This document shows positions 49,481 through 56,650 of a DNA stretch of 64,000 nucleotides, one piece after another. Under the pieces are notes generated by a model. It had not been told where the DNA came from. It made no database searches and saw only the letters and a program-made list of their open reading frames with translations. Where the stretch lies: assembly GCA_963668645.2 (NCBI GenBank), contig CAXXWC010000021.1, forward strand, positions 448,001 to 512,000, given 5' to 3'. The position numbers and the translations under genes were made by a program. Source of the stretch: Desulfobacterales bacterium (GTDB lineage: Bacteria > Desulfobacterota > Desulfobacteria > Desulfobacterales > UBA2174). The stretch's first letter is position 1. Every line of letters begins with the position of its first letter.

Positions 49481-50425
49481 TCACAACAGACCGTTTTTCA
49501 CTTTTTGTGCAAGCTCGTTATCCACCACATCCTCGAAATCGTAGCGTGTTTGCATATAGCCGGACAACATCCACATATCGACCATCCGTTCGTACGATTC
49601 TCGCGATATTACCGGGTCGGGCCGCCAGCACCCGATTGCCTTGTAGTTTTTGACCGACCGGATCAAAACCTCACTGGACATTTCCTGGAAAAGGCCGCCG
49701 GTCACCGAGACGATCTCTTCGGCGGTGCTGGCGTCGATCCAGCACAATGTCGCGTAATAGGCCCGCATAAAGGCTTCCGCAGCATCGGCGCGTTCCTTGA
49801 GAAACTTGCGGCTCATGGCCAGTGAACTGAACGCCAGCGGGCCCAGCGATTCACCCACCGAGACTGCCAAAAATCCGACGCCCCCTTCTATCAGAATGCT
49901 CGCAAAAGGCTCCTGCAGATGGGCAACGTCACCTGCACCCGCTCTGAATGCCTCGGCTGCCGAGGCCATATCCGCATAGTCGTCCAGCAGCCGTATCTCA
50001 GCCATATCAACATCCGATACCTTTGACAGGCACATGCGCAGGGAAGCAAGCGGCTGGAGGCTGAAATTGGATGTGACCAGCTCGGCGCCTTCGAGATCTT
50101 TCCACTTGAAATCTTTTTCCGCATTGCGCCGGATCAAAAAGAATCCATCCCGCTGGTTGACCGCCGCCACCTGCACAGGCATATCGCCTCCCAGCTTTTG
50201 TTCCAGCCACAGGAAGTTCAATGTCGGAGCGTTTCCCAGGACATCCACGGTCCCCTGGTTGAGCTGCTTGAACCGGTCAACGCCCTTTCCCGGCTCTGTC
50301 CCCAAAATCCCCGTATATCCCTCTTTAGCCAAAAATCCGGCTTCCACCGTGGCGAGAATCGGAATGTAGAAAACGGACCGCGCGGCTTCCGCAATTCTTA
50401 ACGTTTTGCTTCTAGAAGTCATCAT
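49481..50425 (-). CDS. NMT1/SsuA-like substrate-binding protein (orphan, no clear signal peptide)
   Basis: ARSVFYIP..EAGFLAKEG, QRDGFFL, FKWKDLEG, AFMRAY. Confidence 0.75.
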   Translation of the reverse strand: MMTSRSKTLRIAEAARSVFYIPILATVEAGFLAKEGYTGILGTEPGKGVDRFKQLNQGTVDVLGNAPTLNFLWLEQKLGGDMPVQVAAVNQRDGFFLIRRNAEKDFKWKDLEGAELVTSNFSLQPLASLRMCLSKVSDVDMAEIRLLDDYADMASAAEAFRAGAGDVAHLQEPFASILIEGGVGFLAVSVGESLGPLAFSSLAMSRKFLKERADAAEAFMRAYYATLCWIDASTAEEIVSVTGGLFQEMSSEVLIRSVKNYKAIGCWRPDPVISRESYERMVDMWMLSGYMQTRYDFEDVVDNELAQKVKNGLL

Positions 50426-50467
50426 TTTCTCCTTGAACGATGCAGGCATGGATGGCGGTTTTCGTTT

Positions 50468-51394
50468 TCAGTACCCCCGCCGCCGGTCGATCCGGTGCAG
50501 CGGCGCCTGCCCGGCCAGCACGCGCCGGTAGTTTTCGTAAATCTGCGCCGCGACGACAGACGGGTTGGTGATGCTGGCGGTGTGGGGGGTCACGATGATC
50601 GCCGGATGATCCCAGAAAGGATGGCCGGCCGGCAGCGGCTCGGTGCGAAACACATCCAGGCAGGCCCCGGAAAGGTGGCCGCCGTCGATGGCCGCCACAA
50701 GGTCGGCCTCGACCAGGTGGTCGCCGCGGGCCACGTTGATCACGAAAGCCCCGGGCCGCAGCAGCCCGAAAAGGCGGGCATTGAGGATATCCCGGGTCTC
50801 AGTGGTCAGCGGCAGCAGGCAGACCAGCACGTCCGTTTCGCCCAGAAAAGGATCGAGCCCGTCCTGCCCGCAGAAGGTTTCGATCCCCTCGACCGCGCCG
50901 GGGCTGCGGCGCCAGCCGGCCACCTTAAACCCCAGGGCCGCCAGACGGTTCGCGGCATGGGTCCCGAGTTGCCCCAGCCCCATGATGCCCACTTTGGTGC
51001 GGCCGGCCAATCGCGGGATGTGAATCTTCCAGCCCTGTTCCCGTTGCTGGCGGAAATAGGTGGCGGCATAACGGCAGTGATTGAGCACCGCCATGACGAT
51101 GTACTCGCTCATCGCCTGGGCCATGGACGGGTCGACCACCCGGGTGACGGGCAGGTCTGGCAGCTCGGGGTCTCGCAGGATATGGTCTACCCCCGCGCCC
51201 ATGGAGGCGATGCAGCGCAGGTTGGCAAAACGCTTCAACTCACCCGGCAGCGGACTCCAGACCAGGGCGAATTCGATATCCTCGGGCCGCCCGACATCGG
51301 GAAAGATGCGCAGGTCGAGTTGGGGATCGATGGCTTTGAGCCGTTTGACCCAGCCATGGGGCGGTACACCGTTCAAAAGAATCATGAATGCCAT
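50468..51394 (-). CDS. ghrA: D-2-hydroxyacid dehydrogenase (glyoxylate/hydroxypyruvate reductase A-like)
   Basis: GAGVDH, GIMGLGQLG, CLLPLTTET, INVARG, LDVFRTEPLP, TPHTAS. Confidence 0.85.
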   Translation of the reverse strand: MAFMILLNGVPPHGWVKRLKAIDPQLDLRIFPDVGRPEDIEFALVWSPLPGELKRFANLRCIASMGAGVDHILRDPELPDLPVTRVVDPSMAQAMSEYIVMAVLNHCRYAATYFRQQREQGWKIHIPRLAGRTKVGIMGLGQLGTHAANRLAALGFKVAGWRRSPGAVEGIETFCGQDGLDPFLGETDVLVCLLPLTTETRDILNARLFGLLRPGAFVINVARGDHLVEADLVAAIDGGHLSGACLDVFRTEPLPAGHPFWDHPAIIVTPHTASITNPSVVAAQIYENYRRVLAGQAPLHRIDRRRGY

Positions 51395-51904
51395 CGGGGT
51401 TTCCTTTGTCGGGATCGGCCAGCGGCGGTCTGAACCTCCACTGCGCCAGGATTTGCCGGCCTGGCAGTTCGAGCAGCTTACGAAATTCAACCCTCTCGTC
51501 CAGGCGGGTGGTTAAGATAGCGGACATGGTGAAAGCTCATAACAAATTTTTGTCCTCGGCGACAATATTACCGGAATGGCTCTTCGCTGTTTCGTGTGGG
51601 TGGATTTGGTTTGCGAGGGACTTGGCCCTGGGTTAGAGTTGCTGCAAAACAGCAAAGAGGCGTATTATCAGACGAGGTTACGGCCGAACTTGCGCAGAGA
51701 CAGGATATACTGTCGAACAGATTCCGGGCAAACTACCATGTTGCTTTCCGCATTAATCCGTTCAAAAATTCCTGAATAATTCGGCCGATCGGTGACAATT
51801 TCAGATTAATTTGGCGAGCCGCTGGAGCGGCCCGCCGTCAGAAGTACTTGTCAGCGGTCAGAACGGGATGTTGTCTCGCATCGGGCAATCTTCTTTATAG
51901 CAAA

Positions 51905-52099
51905 TTATCGGCGGGCGCAGCTTTCTATTGTCAGCCAATCGATACCGGTTTCTCTCCAGTAGATAAAACAGTGCAGCTTGAGTGAGTTCTGCCGGCAATA
52001 TGTGCTCTGGTTCAGCCCGCGTCGTTTCCATCGCTCAACGTGCTGTCGCCAAAACCGCCGCTTGACCTCCAGAGTCTCTGCCCGTTGCTTCCGTGTCAC
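51905..52099 (-). pseudogene. tnpA: Truncated IS66 accessory gene tnpA
   Basis: FWRQHVERWKRRGLNQSTYCRQNSL..FIYWR is typical of IS66 TnpA; AGGAGG RBS; no tnpB/tnpC follow. Confidence 0.7.
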
Positions 52100-52199
52100 G
52101 ACGATGCCTCCTTGGCTGAAATGGTCTACCGCCTCTTGAGTCCATCTGTGACAAATTTTCAAGCCCTTGAGAAGATGCGGTTGCCCACCCGGACGCTTA
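51955..52199 (-). mobile_element. IS66-family remnant (left end only)
   Basis: Terminus GTAAGCGTCC on the minus strand upstream of tnpA; its original terminal base is displaced to 54169 by IS1634. Confidence 0.65.
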
Positions 52200-52343
52200 C
52201 TTGGGTTTGGGATTTGTAGGCAAAAAACACCTCCGAAATTCGGCTCTCCACGAATTCGCACCTAATAAAAACAAGCGGTTAAAAAAAATTAAGCCGTTTT
52301 TTAAGCTCAAATGCTGTAGGCACACGAATTCGCGGTTTAGGCC

Positions 52344-52372
52344 TTGACATAAAATATTTCAAACGCTATGTG
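52344..52372 (+). promoter_or_regulatory. Transposase sigma70 promoter, probably leaderless
   Basis: TTGACA-17 bp-TATGTG ends 7 bp before ATG 52380; no obvious SD. Confidence 0.5.
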
Positions 52373-52379
52373 GGTAAGC

Positions 52380-54056
52380 ATGTACCTACGAACCACAAAG
52401 CGCACCAATAAGGACGGCTCAACGGTCGAATACTTCCAACTCGCCCACAACGAGCGCGATCCCAAAACCCGTAAACCGGTCGCCAAAATCATCCACAACT
52501 TCGGGCGCACCGATCAACTCGATCGCGCTCAGCTCGTGCGCCTGTGCCGATCCATTGCACGGGTCTGCGGCCTGACCGTCACCGATCCGCTCGAAAACGA
52601 CCAAGCGGTCTCGGCACTGGCTGACAGCCTCAAAATTCAAGAAACTCTCGCTTTCGGCTGCCCGCTGGTTATCGAAACCCTCTGGGAACGGTTGGGGCTT
52701 CGAAAGACCCTGGCCAACATCGTCAAGTCCAAAGGGGTTCGCATCAACTACGAACGGGCCCTGTTGGCCATGACCGCCAACCGGCTCTGTGAGCCCGAAT
52801 CCAAGCTGGGCGTCTGGGATCGCTGGCTGTCCACGGTTTACCTGCCGTCATGCGACGGGCTGAAGCTCGATCACATGTACGAGGCCATGGATCTGCTCCA
52901 CGAACATGCCGCCGAGATCGAAAAAAGCGTCTTTTTCCATACCGCCAACCTGTTCAACCTCACCGTGGATCTGATCTTCTACGACACCACCACGGCCTCG
53001 TTCCATGTCGACCGGGAAGATGACGGCGACCGGCACGCCAACGCCACAATGCGCAAGTTCGGCCGCAACAAGGAAGGTACCTGGTCACCCCAAGTCGTCG
53101 TGGCCCTGGCCGTGACTCGCGAAGGCATCCTGGTGCGCAGTTGGGTGCTGCCGGGCAACACGGCCGATGTGGCCACCGTCGAAAAGATCCGCACCGACCT
53201 GCGGGGCTGGAACCTGGGTCGCGCCCTGTTTGTCGCCGACGCGGGCATGAATTCGCAGACCAACCGCGAAGAACTGGCCCGGGCTTGCGGCAAGTACCTT
53301 CTGGCCTGCCGGATGGCCAGCGTGGCCGAAATCAAACGCGATGTGCTGAGCAAACGCGGCCGCTACACTGTCATCCGAGACAACCTGCACGCAAAAGAAG
53401 TCATCGTTGGCGACGGCGAAAGGCGCAAGCGCTACATCCTGTGCTACAACCCCAAGGAAGCCAAACGCCAGCGGCTACACCGTGAAACGATCGTTCAGAT
53501 GCTCGAAACCGAACTCGATCGGCACCCGGACCCATCGGCCACGGCCCAGTGGGCGATCGAGCTGTTGGCCTCGGCGCGTTTCAAGCGGTATCTGCGCATC
53601 ACCAAGGGCAACCAGGTCCGAATCGACCGGGCGGCCATCAAGGCGGCGGCCAAGTACGATGGCAAATGGGTGGTGGAAACCAACGACGATACCATCAGCC
53701 TCGAAGACGCCGCCTGCGGATACAAAGGGCTGATGGTCATTGAGCGCTGCTTTCGCTCGCTCAAACGCACCCAGATCAAGATGATGCCGATGTACCACTG
53801 GGCCTCGCGGCGCATTGAGGCCCATGTGAAGATCTGTGTGCTGGCGCTGATGATCGAGCGGGTGGCCGAACTCGAATGCGGCCTGCCCTGGCACCGAATT
53901 CGCCGGTCGCTGGACAAGCTGCAAGTCACAAAACTTTTCAATTTAAATTACCGTGTGCTTATGCGCAACGAGATCCCCGTGAAAACTGCCAACATACTGA
54001 AAGCGCTTAAAATCAAATCTCCGCAGCAGGTCCTTTCACTGGAAAATCGGCCCTAA
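52380..54056 (+). CDS. IS1634-family DDE transposase
   Basis: MYLRTTKR N-terminus, IFYDTTT, FVADAGM, YKGLMVIERCFRSLK, PMYHW..RIEAHV. Confidence 0.9.
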   Translation: MYLRTTKRTNKDGSTVEYFQLAHNERDPKTRKPVAKIIHNFGRTDQLDRAQLVRLCRSIARVCGLTVTDPLENDQAVSALADSLKIQETLAFGCPLVIETLWERLGLRKTLANIVKSKGVRINYERALLAMTANRLCEPESKLGVWDRWLSTVYLPSCDGLKLDHMYEAMDLLHEHAAEIEKSVFFHTANLFNLTVDLIFYDTTTASFHVDREDDGDRHANATMRKFGRNKEGTWSPQVVVALAVTREGILVRSWVLPGNTADVATVEKIRTDLRGWNLGRALFVADAGMNSQTNREELARACGKYLLACRMASVAEIKRDVLSKRGRYTVIRDNLHAKEVIVGDGERRKRYILCYNPKEAKRQRLHRETIVQMLETELDRHPDPSATAQWAIELLASARFKRYLRITKGNQVRIDRAAIKAAAKYDGKWVVETNDDTISLEDAACGYKGLMVIERCFRSLKRTQIKMMPMYHWASRRIEAHVKICVLALMIERVAELECGLPWHRIRRSLDKLQVTKLFNLNYRVLMRNEIPVKTANILKALKIKSPQQVLSLENRP

Positions 54057-54197
54057 AAAGGGGCGAAAAATGTAGACACACGCTGAATTTCATTCATCGT
54101 CATAGATGCGCACCAGATAAGGGTTTGCGCCAATTCTGTGTTCCTACGTTTCCCAAACCCAAGGCTTACATTGACCTGGATGCCCCCTGAAAAAGGC

Positions 54198-54233
54198 AAA
54201 AACCCCACCGGTTTTAGAACCGGCGGGGTTTTT
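54198..54233. terminator. Bidirectional intrinsic terminator
   Basis: AAAAACCCCACCGGTT-TTAG-AACCGGCGGGGTTTTT. Confidence 0.75.
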
Positions 54234-54415
54234 GGGGGTTTTGGGGGCTATTTTGCCCGTTGAAATCTTGTCAGGCGCCGCGGTACGCAAACAAAACTGA
54301 AGGCCGGATGGCCGGGGCCGCCACCCGGCTTGGGAACGGACTCAGCCTTTCCACCTTCGGATTGATCGCGGTGAAAAACCGCTTCTCAAGGCTGGAGGGC
54401 ATGAATCCGGGGCCC

Positions 54416-55090
54416 TCACCGCACCGCACCGCTTTTTGCCAGCACCTGCCGTGTGAAGGTTTCCATCGCGGTGCCGGCCACGGACGATTCCAGCCGGCGC
54501 TTCGAGATACGCGATGCCAAAACGATCTGGCGTTTTATCAGACGTTCGAATTCACCGTCCCAATGGGCCCGGCACCTTCCGGCCATCCGGATGCGCCAGA
54601 ACACGAGGCTGTGCATGGCCGGGGCCGTATAGATCGACATGCGCAAAGCCGCCACCACGGCCGCCGAGGGTCCCCCGGCCAGCATCCGATACGTCGCCAG
54701 CCTGGCCCAGGCATGAGCCTCGGCCGGTTCGCGGGCCAGGGCAACACAAGTCTCCCACCGGCCTTGCGCGAAAACCTCCGCCCGCCGCGGCTTGTCCAGT
54801 GTCCCCATCTGAAGGGCATACTGGGCCGCCAGTCCAGGCAGGTGGACATGCGATCCAGGCAGCCAGCTCGCCTCCAGCCCCCGGATCCGCTCCCAGACCT
54901 GGATCGGCGTTTCCGGGGCCATCGGCTCCTGCCGGAACACCCGGCGTTCGAACATCACCCCTGGCCAGGCACGCTGGGCCGTTGCCAGCCAGACGAGGGC
55001 TGACCCCAGGCCGGCCAGAAAAAAAGCGCCCAGGATCAACAGTTCAAGACGGCCCGCCAGGCGAGAATGGTTGAACGCAGGCAAGGGCAT
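54416..55090 (-). CDS. Hypothetical membrane-anchored helical protein of the EPS locus
   Basis: N-terminal TM helix, PAEAHAWARLA TPR-like segment; TGATG coupling to the phosphatase gene. Confidence 0.65.
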   Translation of the reverse strand: MPLPAFNHSRLAGRLELLILGAFFLAGLGSALVWLATAQRAWPGVMFERRVFRQEPMAPETPIQVWERIRGLEASWLPGSHVHLPGLAAQYALQMGTLDKPRRAEVFAQGRWETCVALAREPAEAHAWARLATYRMLAGGPSAAVVAALRMSIYTAPAMHSLVFWRIRMAGRCRAHWDGEFERLIKRQIVLASRISKRRLESSVAGTAMETFTRQVLAKSGAVR

Positions 55091-55860
55091 CAGGTCCCGG
55101 CCTCCGTGGAGAGGAACTCGACCTGGCCGTCTTGCAGCACCGCGCAGGTCAGGATCCCGGTGGCGTAAGCGCCGGTGTCCACCCCGATGCTATTTTCCGA
55201 CACCCGGGGCTGTTCGCGGATAGTGTGGCCGTGCACAATGCGATAGCCGTGCCCGTTGCCACCGGTTCCGCCGCCGCTCCGCGTCCAGAACAGATCCTCG
55301 CCGGTCTGTGCTTCCAGTGGTACGTCGGGCCGGATGCCGGCGTGCACGAACAGGTAGTCGCCCAGCTTGAGGAACGGTTTGAGGTTGTTCAAAAATTCGA
55401 GGTGGCGGGACGGGACTGCCGCCTGCAGCGCGTCGCGCACCTGAACGGCCCGCTGTACGGAAAAACCGGAACCCGGGGCCCGCACCCCATAGCTCATCAG
55501 GGTCGACTGCCCCCCCAGGCCCAGCCAAGGCTCCAGCAGGGCGGGGTCCTCGAGAAATTTGAGGAAAAGCTGTTCGTGGTTACCCATCAGGCAGCAGTGT
55601 TCCAGGCTGTTCGAGGCGACGATCAGGGCCTCCACGGTCTCTTTGACATAGGGCCCGCGGTCCAGATAGTCGCCCAAATAGACCACCTGGTGACACACCC
55701 CGCCGTGTTCACTTGCATCCCGATAGATAAGCCGTTGCAGCCGGCCGAGCAGATCCACCCGCCCGTGGATGTCGCCCACCGCATACACCCGCCGTCCCGG
55801 CGGCAGTTGATAGCCATTGCGGGTGGTTTTGCGAAAATATCTGAAAATATGTTCAAGCAT
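55090..55860 (-). CDS. PPP-family metallophosphoesterase (Ser/Thr/Tyr protein phosphatase-like)
   Basis: GDIHG, GDYLDRG, GNHE, FVHAG, VHGHT, IGVDTG. Confidence 0.9.
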   Translation of the reverse strand: MLEHIFRYFRKTTRNGYQLPPGRRVYAVGDIHGRVDLLGRLQRLIYRDASEHGGVCHQVVYLGDYLDRGPYVKETVEALIVASNSLEHCCLMGNHEQLFLKFLEDPALLEPWLGLGGQSTLMSYGVRAPGSGFSVQRAVQVRDALQAAVPSRHLEFLNNLKPFLKLGDYLFVHAGIRPDVPLEAQTGEDLFWTRSGGGTGGNGHGYRIVHGHTIREQPRVSENSIGVDTGAYATGILTCAVLQDGQVEFLSTEAGT

Positions 55861-55921
55861 GGGGAAAAAGTAAACGCCAAGCGCAAGGTGTCAAATTTCA
55901 AAAGAGAGCAATAGGCCCAAA

Positions 55922-55957
55922 TGTCATATTGACAATTTGTCGAGTGGCCTGTATTTT
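55922..55957 (+). promoter_or_regulatory. TA operon promoter with an overlapping palindrome
   Basis: TTGACA-17 bp-TATTTT; TGTCA-TAT-TGACA inverted repeat over the -35. Confidence 0.5.
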
Positions 55958-55994
55958 AAAATCTCATGTGGCCCTACCTGATAAGGAGATCGCT

Positions 55995-56258
55995 ATGCTG
56001 GTGACCATTGACAAAAGAGGAAGCATCAATTTGCCGGCTTCGCTCAGAAAAGATCTAGGCTTCGGCCCTGGTACCCATCTGGAACTCACGGTGGAAAACG
56101 GCGGTGCGATCGTCCTGTTTCCCGTCGAAATCTACCGCACGGTCAGGCTCACGGATGCCGGTCTGGCAAAGCTGAATGGGGCTAGGGCGTCGGGAAAAGC
56201 TCCCTTGCCGGAATGGTTTCAAGCGGAGCTCGACAATGCCCGAACTGATACCGAATGA
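55995..56258 (+). CDS. AbrB/MazE/SpoVT-family antitoxin
   Basis: IDKRGSINLPASLRKDLGFGPGTHLELTVENGGAIVLFP; AAGGAG RBS. Confidence 0.85.
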   Translation: MLVTIDKRGSINLPASLRKDLGFGPGTHLELTVENGGAIVLFPVEIYRTVRLTDAGLAKLNGARASGKAPLPEWFQAELDNARTDTE

Positions 56259-56538
56259 AAAATTCGTCGCCGACCTGTCGAAATTCAAAAAGGATTCTGC
56301 GCTGATCAAGAAAATCGCCAAGTCGTTGGTCTTCTTAGAGGCCAACCCCCATCATCCCGGCTTGCACATCGAGCGCATCGCCAATGATCCCACCGCTTGG
56401 TCCGCTCGCATCGACAAACGCTACAGACTATCGTTCGAGCCCACGGCATCCCTGGAAAACGGCGCCCCAGACTGGAGCCGGCCGTTGAGGCTGTTGCGTG
56501 TTCTCGATCACGACGACCTCTATAAAAGCCCGCATTAA
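56236..56538 (+). CDS. RelE/ParE-superfamily toxin
   Basis: 100 aa, overlaps the antitoxin; LEANPHHPGLHIERI, WSARIDKRYRL, VLDHDDLY. Confidence 0.75.
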   Translation: MPELIPNEKFVADLSKFKKDSALIKKIAKSLVFLEANPHHPGLHIERIANDPTAWSARIDKRYRLSFEPTASLENGAPDWSRPLRLLRVLDHDDLYKSPH

Positions 56539-56591
56539 TTTTAAAGTTTATTTTGAATTTCTGTCATTTGAATCTTAGGGTTTGTTCCGGA

Positions 56592-56650
56592 TTTCGAATT
56601 TCGTGCTTCGAATTTCGAATTTTCCGTCCTCTGTCCTCCGTCTTCCATTC
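56592..56650. repeat. Two abutting heptamer tandem arrays
   Basis: TTTCGAA TTTCGTG CTTCGAA TTTCGAA, then TCCGTCC TCTGTCC TCCGTCT TCCATTC. Confidence 0.75.

Larger units (their letters stand above)
52200..54163 (+). mobile_element. Complete IS1634-family element with 21-bp imperfect IRs and 5-bp target duplication GCTTA
   Basis: IRL CTTGGGTTTGGGATTTGTAGG versus reverse-complemented IRR CTTGGGTTTGGGAAACGTAGG; GCTTA at 52195-52199 and 54164-54168. Confidence 0.9.

Noticed and set aside
51400..51900. About 500 bp without a convincing gene (ORFs 51388-51636 and 51576-51779)
   Set aside because: No recognisable motifs, RBS or RNA structure; probably the ghrA promoter region plus decayed sequence next to the IS remnant
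54260..55003. 247-aa plus-strand ORF after IS1634
   Set aside because: Antisense to 54416-55090, which is translationally coupled to the phosphatase gene and has a more protein-like composition
56592..56650. Possible CRISPR array
   Set aside because: Units are 7 bp with no unique spacers and no cas genes
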